Assembly: GCA_964016885.1 (NCBI GenBank) | Contig: OZ024743.1 | Span: forward strand, 122,264,001-122,328,000 | Direction: 5' to 3' | Source of the DNA: Eledone cirrhosa | Lineage: Eukaryota | Length of the DNA stretch: 64,000 nt | Part shown: positions 30,190 to 45,814 of the stretch, piece after piece | Position numbering within the stretch: position 1 is the stretch's first letter | Layout: each line of letters starts with the position of its first letter | Translations under genes and position numbers: made by a program | Notes under the pieces: generated by a model | Databases searched by the model: none | Told to the model about the DNA's origin: nothing | The model's input: the letters and a program-made list of their open reading frames with translations, nothing else

Positions 30190-30860
30190 CACCCCCTGGC
30201 GAAGTCTTTCAAATCAGGATTTGGACATCATGGCCCACTCATGTAGAGAGTTATCTTTTACGGAGACATATCCTGGTGTAGGAGGTTTATCCAGGATTTC
30301 TTGAAGGAATTTGTCCAACGATTTATTGAACTTTATGGGAGAGCGGCGCCAATTGGGTGAAATAATTGTCCCGTATTGCTATGAGATACGAGTTTGATTT
30401 TTGTTGTGGCCAGATAGCAATGGGGCCCAAGCCTTAGGTGTACTTTAAAGGTGATGCCAACATCATTTGAGCAATGCTGTTGGAATTATTTTCCACATCA
30501 TGCAGATAATATAGCTCTCACGGGCAGCGATGTAGAGAATAAAGTTTGAGCTTTTCTTGGCCTGACATGCCATCTATCTTTTTTGTGATTGACATTTGAG
30601 GAGCTTCAATTTTCATGATACTTTGTTTCGCGTGGGGAGACCACATTGGACAACAGTATTCAAGGTGGGGTCGGGAAAAAGTGGAGAAGAGAAGGATAAT
30701 CGAGTGGATATCTCGATTGGAAAGTTCTGAGAATCCAGGAACATATTCTGCGGGCCATGTCAACTTTGCTGTTTATATGAGTGGCCCAGCTTATGTTGAT
30801 GTCCACAATCACTCCCAGTCTCTGATGTTGTTGGATGCCTCGAGAGTTTCACCTGAAGAA
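30190..30860 (-). mobile_element. CR1-group LINE 3' fragment
   Basis: FSRPHLEYCCPMWSPH...KLKLYSLHR and DKFLQEILDKPPTPG. Confidence 0.85.
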
Positions 30861-30876
30861 AGTGACCCCCCCTCTC

Positions 30877-30955
<79 letters not shown>

Positions 30956-31126
30956 TATATATATATATGTTAAAGTGGATAAATGTAAAAATGTAAACTG
31001 ATAATAAACATTTTTAAATAATCTGTAAAACGCATTTTATATTTCTGGATGTTGAGCAAATTTATTTCCTCCCTGCAAGCAAAGATTTAACAATAACTGA
31101 CTGACCTACTGACCAACCCAGCTACA

Positions 31127-31291
31127 AACCTACCTACCTACCTACCTACCTACCTACCTACCTACCTACCTACCTACCTACCTACCTACCTACCTACCTA
31201 CCTACCTACCTACCTACCTACCTACCTACCTACCTACCTACCTACCTACCTACCTACCTACCTACCGATATACATACATACATACATACAT
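31127..31291. repeat. (CCTA)n followed by (CATA)n microsatellite
   Basis: Direct reading. It abuts the 5' end of the R4/Dong-like LINE. Confidence 0.95.
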
Positions 31292-34200
31292 AGTCAGTCA
31301 ACGCGATCAGTCGCATATTTTGGTGTGGGAGACTATTAATTAAATTTAAGATGAATACTATCTCCGACAGTAATGCCATAACTACCAGTCATGTTGAATA
31401 ACTGGATTTTCTTCTAACTATACCCACTGAAGACACCGTTTATTCGAATTCATAGAGATATCCGACTAAATACATAATTCATTTTACAAGGATTTGCTAC
31501 AAACAGCATGGCTGAACACAACATCAACAATAACAACATCAGTGGAGTACCGAAGAAAAACGAGAACGGTAAACAAAATTTATTCAGTTGTAGCTACAGA
31601 AGAAACTGAAATTATAAATCGCATTTCTCTTGGAGTTGCGCACTTAATGATGATTTATTTAATTGTTATAAAATGGCAAAAAACAATCCCCATTGGCTAT
31701 ATGAATAGAATGAAGCTACACTGGGACGAAATGCACCCAGAGCTAAATTATTTCACAGCGAAACAATTACGCCAACAAGCGACGTTTGTTGAACGTAAAA
31801 ATAAGATAAATATTATTAATTGTAAGTCCCCCACAACAAACATAGAATCAAAAACACGTGCTACAGATCGCCATGCTACTAGACTTCCTAGCAACTAGGT
31901 CGAACAGCGCCTTGAAACAACTATGCCTGTAAAAAAATTGACACCACGTGTACCATCTAAGTCTACCTCGAATGCTGGGGAAAACACTATCGATAATAAT
32001 AATAATCGAAGAAATAATAATAATAATCGAAGAAATTTGACACCACGTGTACCAACCGAGTCTACCTCGATTATTGTGGAAAATACTATCGATAATGATA
32101 ATAATCAAAAGTATAAACAATTGAAAATTTCCATCAACGAAATCTTCCAGAGAGAAATTAATTCATGTATAAACATTTCTCTTGCTGAACGTTTTCAAAC
32201 AACAATATTTAATAAAAAAACAAATAATGAAATATTACATGTTATTGATGAAATAGGGGATGAATATTTACGACGGATAAAACCCCCAACATTTTGGCAA
32301 ATCAACGCCTGTTTATATGCCTTAGCAACGATAGTGAAGCATTATCTTGGTGATAGCAGAGATATTAACAAGAACAAAACACCGTCAAAAATACCATCAT
32401 ATATAACTAAGATAGAAAAAAAGATTGTTGACCTACGAAAAAACATAGGATATGTGACAATGCTCCTTACATGCAAACAAACACAAAAAAACTTCACTCC
32501 TCACCAACAAAGAGTGAAACATATAGAGACGATGTTTGGTAACAGTAGAACCAGAACTCTCCAATATAAGCTGATCACCCGCAAACAGAATTGAGAGCTT
32601 TTAGCGAAAAACGCCAATACCTGAAGAAGGTAGATGAGAGAAAAGTGCCTAATAAAAGATTCAGACGAAACCAAACATCAGTCTATAGAGATATGAAGGG
32701 CAAAATAATAAGTGTCACTGAGGCGCCATCCCAGAAAGACATAGATTCCTTTTGGAGAAAAATATGGGGTGAAAAGAAGAATTTCAACCAAGATGCAGTG
32801 TGGCTAAAAGAAATCAAAAAGAACTATTGCTCATACACTACAACAAAAACATACGAAATAAGTGAGGGTAGCCCTGAGACTGTGATGGGAAAACTCCAAG
32901 ATAAGAAAACACCAGGAAGAGACATGATTGTCGGCTACTGGTACAAAAAACTGATATTCTATGGGAGGTATCTTACCGACCTCTACCAACAAGTTCTTAA
33001 GGGAGATACACTTATACCAGAATGGTTGACATTAGCACAAACATTACTGGTCCCCAAGAACAAAGCCACCCACCTGGCAAAAAACTACCGACACATTGCA
33101 TGCCAGAACCTGATGTATAAGATGTATACAGCCTGCCTGAATGTATTCCGTCAGGATCACTGTGAAGGTAATTGTTTCTACTTTTGGTACAAGGCCAGCA
33201 ATTATCCCAGTATATTACTTATCGACCCCGTAAGGATGAAAGGCAAAGTTAACCTCGGTGGGATTTGAACTCAGACCATAAAGGGCCGTAACTCTTTGCT
33301 GCAAAGCATGGTGTTAGACCCTCTACCGATACTGCCAACCCACCACCTTGAAAATAATAACATCATCACAGATGAACAAGCAGCTGGAAAGAAAGGGGTT
33401 TGGAGATGTGCTGAACAACTCCTAATCAACAAATCAACAAAACTGTGATGTCGGAGGAATATGGCTACAGTCTGGCTGGACTACAGGAAAGCTTTCAATT
33501 CTGTCCCCCACTCTTGGTTGATAGAGGCCCTCCGACTTACTAAAGTCCCAGACATTATTATCATAGCCATAGAGAAGCTGTCTTCTTCTTGGCCTACTAT
33601 CTTAAAGTTAAAGACAGAGAAGGAGGACTCGATTTTCACTGATAAAATAAAATATCGCAGGGGTATATTTCAGGGAGACAGTCTCTCTGTGATATTATTC
33701 ATTCTGTCATTAAATCCCTTGTCCTTTTTGCTCAAGAAATGTGAAGGATATATCATTGGCTCACAGGAGGACAGAAATACAAACCTAACCCATAATTTCT
33801 TTGTGGATGGTCTGAAACTCTATGCCAAAAACATGGATGGGATTAAGAAAAATTTTGACCTGGTTACAACATTCTCAAAGGATATAGGACTGGAGTTTTG
33901 CCAAGATAAATGCTCATATATGACTGTAAAGCGGGGAAAAACAACAACCCAATCTAGCAACATTTGTATCAATGGCCTAACTGCTTCACCAATATCTGAT
34001 GAGCACTGCTACAGATACCTGGGGATAGATGAGAACATATCCTATAATGGTGTCTGTAATAAAGAACGCGTAACCAGGGAATACTACACCCGATTAAGAA
34101 AGATATGGTCATCGGAACTCTCTGCGCAAAACAAAACAGTGGCTTACAATGTGTTTGCTGTGCCTGTCCTAACACCAACTTTTGGAATACTCAATTGGAC

Positions 34201-35551
34201 GATAGACGAAATCCGAGCAATTGATGTTAGAACTTGAAAAATACTAAACAACACCGGAAACTTTCACATCAACAGTGACATAGACCGCCTTTACTCGAAA
34301 CGTAAGCAGAGAAGCAGAAGCCTAACATCAGTCCAGACAGCATTTGAATGTCGCATCATATCCCAACATCTACGAACCTCAAAGCGTAGGAGCCCGTCTC
34401 TCGAGCAAGTCTATCTGCATGAAACAGATAAGATCATTAGAGTTGGGAAGGAACTCCTCGAGATGTATTCCCTGTGTGATAATCAAAAACTCACACACAG
34501 GGAAGTTGCTCAGCAGTATCGCAGTGAATTCAGGGATGAAAAACTTCATGCTTATCAGCAAAAAATCATGCAGGAAGCTCCAGAGAGAGAGTAATATAGA
34601 TAAAGAAAGTAGTCTATCTTGGACCAACAACCGTTATATTGGCTCCCACTTTGAAGGATACGCTTTTGCAATCCAAGAACAGCTAATCAACACGAAATAC
34701 CTGATTCACAAAAGAGATAGGGATGCAGGCAAAACACCTAGATGTGATAACAAGTACAGACTCTGTAGAATTAACATCGACGATATCACCCATGTCATAA
34801 GCAGCTGTCCAAAGATGTCATTGCGGTACTATCTACCTATGAGACATGATGTAGTGGCCAAAACACTACAATGCAATCCGTAGAAAAGATAGCCCCGATC
34901 ATAAACACATTAAAAGTTACAGCAATGTGGAAGACATACATATACATAATATGAAAGAGTACTGGTGGAATGTTCCAGTAAAAATCCCAATAAAATGCAG
35001 CCATAACAGACCAGATATTATAATATGAGACAGGGAAAAGAAGGCATGCACAGTAGTGGAAGTTAGCTGTCCAGCAGATGCCAATATAATATCAAAGACT
35101 AGCGAAAAGGAGAATATTTATGCAGAACTGATGAGAAATCTGCAGATACTCCACCCTGACTATACCTTCAGATTTATGCCTGTGATTATTGGAGCACTGG
35201 GATTTGTTAGTAACTGCCTCAGTACAAATCTTGAGAAGCTGGGCTTCACAGGAACAGAAAGAACACAACTAGTTAGGAAATTACAAGTACAATCCATTAA
35301 TGGAACAGTAAAAATATGTAAAACATTCCAAAAATTTTGCATCTAATAACTGCATATACACACGTACAGATACTAATCATATACACATGCACACATACAA
35401 CTCAAAACATCCACATCACCACACACAATAACATCGCATACATATCTACCTAGTTGATGTGTAAATTCCAATGAGAGAGTCTTGTGTCTATGTTAGAAAC
35501 CGACTCTCTCTCTCTATTGGAAAAAACTTATAAAATTATAAAACCAGAAGA
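31292..35551 (+). mobile_element. Near-full-length R4/Dong-like non-LTR retrotransposon (RT plus CCHC plus RLE endonuclease), pseudogenised
   Basis: Frameshifted single ORF: KTPGRD, NYRHIAC, WLDYRKAFNSVPH, GIFQGDSLS, FVDGLKLY, YRYLG, YRLC...HVISSC...RHD, NRPDI, EVSCP...EKENIY, PVIIGALG. Stop at 35346, 3' UTR to ~35551. Confidence 0.92.
33170..33347 (-). mobile_element. tRNA-derived SINE inserted in the R4/Dong RT region
   Basis: SINE consensus in reverse complement, splitting ...DHCE / NNNIITDEQAAG. Confidence 0.92.
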
Positions 35552-36088
35552 TACATACATACACACATACGTACGTACGTACGTACATACATACATACAT
35601 ACATACATACATACATACATACGTACGTACATACATACGTACGTACATACATAAGTACATACATACATACGTACATACATACGTACATACGTACATACAT
35701 ACATACGTACATACATACATACATACGTACATACGTACATACATACATACGTACGTACATACATAAGTACATACATACATACGTACATACATACGTACAT
35801 ACATACATACGTACATACATACGTACATACATACGTACATACATACGTACATACATACATACGTACACACATACATACATACATACATACATACGTACAT
35901 ACATACGTACGTACATACATACGTACGTACATACATACATACGTACATACATACGTACGTACATACATACATACATACGTACATACATACATACGTACGT
36001 ACATACATACATACATACATACATACGTACATACATACATACATACATACGTACATACATACATACGTACATACATACATACATACAT
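35552..36088. repeat. Compound (TACA)n/(TACG)n microsatellite
   Basis: Direct reading. Confidence 0.97.
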
Positions 36089-36150
36089 ATCTGTTTGCCC
36101 GTCAGTCTTTATGTCTGCTTGTCTGCCTGTCGGCCTGTCTATCTATCTAT

Positions 36151-38122
36151 CCCGGCTTTGGTGGGGCTCTGATCAACTTGGATCAATCTAAGGCGTTCGA
36201 TAGGGTCGACCATGGTTACCTGGATGCGGTGCTAGCGGCGGCAGGCTTCGGAGCCGTTTTCAGGGGCTGGATCACTGCTATGCACAGCAGCCGCATCTGC
36301 TCTAGGGTCAAGGTGAACGGCTACCTCTCGGAGCCGTTCAAAATCGCGCGGTCCATCCGACAAGGGTGCCCTCTCTCCTCCCTTCTGTATGTATTGACTC
36401 TCGAGCCACTACTGCGGAAGTTGGAGTTGTTGCAGGGCATCCCTTTGGAACCGGGATTGCGGAAAGCGGTGTCGGCCTACGCCGATGACGTGACAGTAAT
36501 GGTGTCGACGGCCTCCGAAATCGAGGCGGTCGGCACCTTACTGGAGGAGTACGAAAAGTTCACAGGGGCTAAGCTGAACCGGGACAAGTCGATCGGTTTG
36601 CAACTCGGCACGTGGAGGGGCAGACCGATGCCCTCCGATAGCGTCGTCGGACGCTGGACGGAGGGCCCGGTGAAGTTGCTCGGGGTCTGGTTCGGACCGG
36701 ACCTCCAGGTGGAGAAAAACTGGGCGGAGGTTACGAACAGAGTGTTTGCACTGACCCAGAAGTGGGCCAGTTGCAAACTATCCCTGAAAGGTCGGGCGGA
36801 GGTGGCGAACACCTACATAGCGTCCGTCATCTACTACCGCCTGACCGTAGTGCCCTGCCCAAGGGAAACCCTCACCAAGATGGAGCGCGCGCTCTTCCAA
36901 TTCCTTTGGAAGAGGCGGGCTCCTATGGTGAGGAGATCCATCTGCTGTCAACACCCTTCGAAAGGAGGGCTGGGGATGCCGTGGCTAATGATGCGTAAAC
37001 ACGCATTAAGGCTACGGCACCTCTACGTATTCCTCACCGGACAACCGGTGTGGGCCTCGTTTGTGAGACGAACCTTTCCCAGACTCGTCTCACTCACCGA
37101 GCTGCAATCCTGGGTCAAGCAAAGACCGAGAAAACTGGGCGCCTGGCACACTGAGTGTGCCCAGGCGCTCACCGCCCTCTGGCAGGCGGATCCGGTTATC
37201 AGTGGAGACTCCACCGCAACATTCTATAGAGGGCTGGTACGCAGCAGGTGCGACGACGCCCTCGGAGAAGCCCTAGACATGGAGGAGGACGAACTGGCCA
37301 GCCTTTTCGGTAGGACATTCAGCCCGGGACCTATGGACAACTTCCAGAAGTCCCTGGCCTGGCAGTGCTACCGAGGGGCTTTACCCGTTCGAGAAAGGCT
37401 CTACAGACACGGGCGCCCGGGTAGGGACCCCGCCAAAAAGATCTGTCCCAGATGCGTGTGCGACGAGGAAACCGTTGCACACGCATTAGTACACTGCTCG
37501 GGCGTAGCCGATCTGTGGGGCTATGTCGAACAACTGCTGTCAAGGGTGGGACCGATCCGGTTGACCACCGAGTCTATTGTAATGATCAAGCCGCCTCCCC
37601 CCTTCAAAGATGAAGCAGAGGCGGTGTTTCTGTGCGTAATAGCCATGGCGAAAGAGGTTGTATGGTGGACGCGTCTGAAAGGACTGAGGTCGGGCACCTT
37701 TCTCTCTGGCCAACAACTGGTCCGTTTCTTCCGATATCATTTCGGAAGAAGGATCAGGATGGAGAGAGAGGTGCTGCACCCCAGCCGTTTCTATGAAAGA
37801 TGGGTGAAAGTGGCGAGAATGGCCCGTGTGAATGGGCCTTCACTCTACATCAGACTATAGGTGAGGAAGATGAAAGACCAAGGGAGCACCCCTTCTCTGT
37901 GCTCCTGAGGAGAAGGGTTGCACACTTTTTTTGGGGGTGTGTGCGACCCCCCAAGGCGCCTCCTCTCTATTGAGGATTTTGTTAAAAATGTTATTTTTTG
38001 TTATATCTTATTTTATTTTTATATTTTGTTATTGCCTCCTCCTTATTGAGGACGCCTTTTTGTGTAAACTCCCCCCTTTGTACTTGTCCCACTTTTGATG
38101 CCCTAGTGGCAAATAAAAGAAA
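36151..38122 (+). mobile_element. Tx1/L1-clade LINE, 5'-truncated, in (TATC)n
   Basis: GC-rich island with an open ORF, a T-rich 3' UTR and an aataaaagaaa end. (TATC)n lies on both sides. Confidence 0.92.
36178..37860 (+). CDS. Tx1/L1 ORF2 C-terminal part (RT plus zinc knuckle), 560 aa uninterrupted, truncated upstream
   Basis: DQSKAFDRVDH, IRQGCPLS, AYADDV, KLLGV, LSLKGR, GGLG and CPRC...ETVAHALVHC. Confidence 0.85.
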   Translation: MDQSKAFDRVDHGYLDAVLAAAGFGAVFRGWITAMHSSRICSRVKVNGYLSEPFKIARSIRQGCPLSSLLYVLTLEPLLRKLELLQGIPLEPGLRKAVSAYADDVTVMVSTASEIEAVGTLLEEYEKFTGAKLNRDKSIGLQLGTWRGRPMPSDSVVGRWTEGPVKLLGVWFGPDLQVEKNWAEVTNRVFALTQKWASCKLSLKGRAEVANTYIASVIYYRLTVVPCPRETLTKMERALFQFLWKRRAPMVRRSICCQHPSKGGLGMPWLMMRKHALRLRHLYVFLTGQPVWASFVRRTFPRLVSLTELQSWVKQRPRKLGAWHTECAQALTALWQADPVISGDSTATFYRGLVRSRCDDALGEALDMEEDELASLFGRTFSPGPMDNFQKSLAWQCYRGALPVRERLYRHGRPGRDPAKKICPRCVCDEETVAHALVHCSGVADLWGYVEQLLSRVGPIRLTTESIVMIKPPPPFKDEAEAVFLCVIAMAKEVVWWTRLKGLRSGTFLSGQQLVRFFRYHFGRRIRMEREVLHPSRFYERWVKVARMARVNGPSLYIRL

Positions 38123-38124
38123 TA

Positions 38125-38201
<77 letters not shown>

Positions 38202-38880
38202 GACTGTCTATTTGTTGGTCTGTCTAGCTATTATAATTGATGATATATCATGCGAATGAGACAAAAATAATCTAATAGCTTAAAAGTAAATTAAATTACA
38301 TGAAGATATCTCAACGAACTTTCTAAGATGCCCCTTCGACATTTTCGTTTAGCTCATTACTCTAAATAGATCTGTAATGCACTGTTCTATCCCTTCTACC
38401 CCCCACCAGAAAATTTTACTATGAGCGAAGTATTTAATCTTTGAATCGTTGACATTTATTAGAATGTCAACTCGAGTCTCATCAATTAAAAATATCATGC
38501 TGTCAACAGGAATCAATAACGAATGATTACCTCAAAACCGGTGGTCGGCCTTCACAAATATATTTTTAAATTGAAATATTAAGTAAATGAAAAAAAAAAT
38601 GAAAGGAATTTAATTGTAAATAATCTTGAAATCCTTCAGAAGTGATGTTACACATAATGCATAAATGCAGTTCAGTTAACTTCACTTTCTCTAACAGAGC
38701 CTAAAATCAAAACATATTTACTATGAATATATGATTACATAGAAAGATACACAATAGGCATATCAAATATAAATAAATATACAATAAAACTCTAAACAAA
38801 GCTGTAAAAATAATGGGAATTAGAGGGTGAATGAAAAATATTACTTCTACAAAGTAGATCCACAGACACACACACTCACA

Positions 38881-39006
<126 letters not shown>

Positions 39007-40070
39007 CTCTCTCTCTTTCTATTTTTCTTTCTCTCACACACACAGATACACATACACTCACAAACATATGCTCGAGTCAACGAGAGTGCATTAATATGGT
39101 TGTTGGACCTGCTAGAAATAACAGCCAAATCTTTCAATCATATATCCTGTCATTATAAGGAAGGACAGACAGATTAGAAAAGATAGTCCTACATACCCAC
39201 AAGAGGGGATTGTCTCGATTAAAATCTGTTTGACTCAGCTATTACACATACATTCTTCGTCGTTAGTTCTTTTTACTCCCTATGGAATATTGGGTCACTT
39301 TCGTCGGTTCTGCATCAATTTTGATTAATGGAGGTAAGGCTGATCCATAAATCTAAAACATATATTATACAAAAATTAATCTCATCCAATGCTTATGTAC
39401 TGACAGAGATTTACTGGAATAGTCTTTTATTGTAAGAATTATTATTTTTTTTTTTCGAAAACATTTTCCTCAGTATACAAAAAACCTGGAGTGAGCTACA
39501 CCGTAGTGATAACTCAGTTGAAATAATTCTTTTTATGTGTAAATCCATAGATAAGACATTCGGAATTTTCAATTCTTTTAAATATTTAGGCTCTATATTT
39601 TATATATGATACATAATATATAATATACGTAACCTAAAATATATAATGCATTATAAATTGCATGTACACGTCTTAACATAAGCAATAAAACATCTAAATA
39701 TACACCCCCACCTTAACTCCATTGCAATTTTAGGGACGATGTCTCTTGGGCGTTTAAACCAGGCGGACCCCATCCCTTTCCTTGACTGAATGCAGCAGAT
39801 TTTTCCAGAAAAAGATAAAGTGAGAAAAATAAAGAGGAATGGTCGGCCCGAGTACTGGTACTGTATTTATCGACCTCAAAAGGATGAAAGGCAATGTTCA
39901 TCTTGGGGAATGATTCACTGCATTTAAATATAGGCTTCATAAGAATACTATATAAAAAAATAACTATATTGTATTTGAATACTTTATGAAAAAAGGTATC
40001 AACTGGAAGTTTTGTTTCTTCAACAAACCATTACAAATCTATGTTTGTGGATTAACATATATATGCATAT

Positions 40071-40248
40071 AATAGTTTCTGATTTAGGCACAGGGTCAGC
40101 AATTTTTTGGGAAAGGAAAAGTCGAGTAAATCGACCCCATTCAGTTACTGGTACTTTATTTTATCGATCACGTAAGGGTGAAAGGCAAAGCTAGCCTTGG
40201 TGTGATTTGAACACAGAACGTAATGAACCGGGATAAATACAGCTATGC

Positions 40249-40250
<2 letters not shown>
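40071..40250 (-). mobile_element. Older tRNA-derived SINE copy
   Basis: gtttctgatttaggcacaggg...actggtactttattttatcga...gaaaggcaaag...gatttgaac. Another diverged copy lies at ~39850-39920. Confidence 0.8.
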
Positions 40251-40287
<37 letters not shown>

Positions 40288-41026
40288 TAATAAAAATAAT
40301 GAATAAACAAAGAAACAGTTCCTTATATTAAAAAATTCATCATTTTACGATCGTTTCTAGGATATATATGTTAGTGTTGGTATGCATATCATATAGATCT
40401 ATGTAAAATGTTTACAAACTATCAGAAGGAATATACATACCTACACATATATATGCTGTCTTTTGGTAGATTTATCTACATATATATACATATATATATA
40501 TATGTAATCTGAGTTTTTCGAATATTAATAATAACATTCGATTCGTTAGCAATTTTGCAAACAAGCCTCAATTTTATAGCCATGTCAGTAGAATGAACAC
40601 TTCATTCTTGATCTTGTGTTGGCATGTGAACAGAACTGCAGGCACTAATGTTTCTGGGTATCACCCTTCCTCAGCACAGCTCACTGTTCACCTGCCAAAC
40701 TGTCAGAGCTAGTGAAAATATATGCTATTTTCAAAAATACAAAGTGACTGATCGGCCTGATTTGCATATTAGCAGACTGGCTGATCAGTCAGATCTGCAT
40801 ATTAGCAGATCCACTGATCAACCAGATTTGCATATCAGAAGACTGGCCAGTTAGTTTCCTGTATACAAGCGATAAATGGCCGGCTTTGCCAAATTCAAAT
40901 AAAAAAGAAAATTTCGCTCTACATGGCTGAATACAATAAATGTAATCTGAGTCTTTCGAATATTAATAATAACATTCGATTCGTTTGCAATTTTGCAAAC
41001 AAGCCTCAATGGCTATAAAATTGAGG

Positions 41027-44004
<2,978 letters not shown>

Positions 44005-44701
44005 CACCATTGACAGAGAACGCTGACTCTGACATGAATGAAAAGATTTTAGAACATTCTAAATATAACTTTAAAATGATTTTATCAAACTGTGGTGTTC
44101 GTTTGATAGGCGGACAAAAATATTGTTCAGTCATTCTAAGACAGGTTTGTAATTTTATGATTTAATGATAAATCTGCAGATGTTTTGGAATATTAATCAT
44201 AAAAAGCAATCTCATAATGTGCCACCTTCAGTAAGCTCAAATATGGCCAAAAATTAATTTAGGTGAAAATGAGAAATTCGATGCTCCAGAATATCTTTTT
44301 AGACACATCAGTCTACTAATTTCAAATACTTCTAACCCCCCCCATACACATGTATATATATATATATAAGTTAACACAATGAAGTAAAAATTCATGTCAT
44401 TAGAAATATACTTCACTGCTTTACGATCGTTTCTAGGTGATAATAATACATCGTACGCATATTTCGTTATCGATCTATGTAGGGTTAGTTACAAAATATC
44501 AAATAAGGAATATATTTACCTACATGTATATCATCAGCCGTTGTAAAAAGCAATCAACATGCAGACTAGACGCCACAACTAACCGTGGATATTTCTGTGT
44601 ATATATATATGTATGGAAAAGGTAAACAGAAATAACAACACAATCGGTACAGTATATGGAAGGTATATATTAGGTTAACGCTTGTTATAGCAGGAAGAGG
44701 G

Positions 44702-44737
44702 TCTTAACGTTTCGGACGCTAGTCCTTCATCAGAAGA
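44702..44737 (-). ncRNA. Minimal PLE-type hammerhead ribozyme motif
   Basis: Minus: tctt-CTGATGAA-ggac(tagc)gtcc-GAAA-cg-TT-aaga. It lies in a pLTR homologous to that of the 2920-4108 element. Confidence 0.85.
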
Positions 44738-45060
44738 AAGAATGAGAAATAAAATAGATTAAGGGGACGGGCGGGATGGAATTGGAAAAATGTCTTTAGA
44801 TAAAAATAATAGGTCCATTCATGTTAACATCTCTTGCAAAACTGTTGGTGCTGGCGTTTTGTGTATGATTTGTTTTTTAGAAAAGTGGATGATGGTGCGC
44901 GTCTACCTGAAATGGAAAAAAAAAGCGTTTTGTAAATACACACACACACACATATATATATGCACATAAACACGTATATGTACATATGTATATGCATATG
45001 GACACGTATATGTATATTTTTGTAAATATATATATAAATATATATATACACACACACACA

Positions 45061-45171
<111 letters not shown>

Positions 45172-45387
45172 GGGATAACAAGTTATCGTTATAGGTAATC
45201 CAGTTAGAGGTTGTGAGTACTCTGTATTGTGGATCGTTTTAACGTACGGCTTTGTGTGACTCAACAAGATGTCTCCATAGTTAGGTAGCGAGTTCGCGAG
45301 AATTCCTATGCTAGTTATACTTGGAATAATAATAGTGAAAGATTGAAGAATAACATGGTCGGCTGTACAACAAGGGGCTTTATTTCA

Positions 45388-45501
45388 AGTATTAACAATT
45401 GTTTCATTGATCAGGTGAGTTTAAAGGCTGCTAATCACTCGAAGTTGCGTCAGTCGACCTTAAAATCAGTATTTTACTTCTCATCAAATCCTCAGAATAC
45501 T
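45388..45501 (-). ncRNA. Hammerhead ribozyme motif with ~85-nt stem II
   Basis: Minus: agtatt-CTGAGGA-tttgat...atcaat-GAAA-caattg-TT-aatact. The host unit has inverted ends 45332-45373 / 45665-45705. Confidence 0.8.
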
Positions 45502-45699
45502 AGAGAACTCACATATGGCAATGGTATATATAGAGATAGCGTAGAATGAAAACAATAACATCAATAATAAAATATAATGATAAATAAGTAAAGAAGTTAC
45601 AGATGTAAAAAGTAAAAAAAGTAAAAAAAAGCAAAAAAAATAAAGAAAGAAAAAAATGAAACAATTGTTGTACAGCCGACCATGTTATTCTTCAATCTT

Positions 45700-45764
<65 letters not shown>

Positions 45765-45765
45765 T

Positions 45766-45811
<46 letters not shown>

Positions 45812-45814
<3 letters not shown>

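Noticed and set aside
44415-44545. Possible long hammerhead (minus CTGATGA...GAAA-cgatcg-TA)
   Set aside because: Stem I does not pair, and the homologue at ~40340-40460 lacks the core. Left uncalled.
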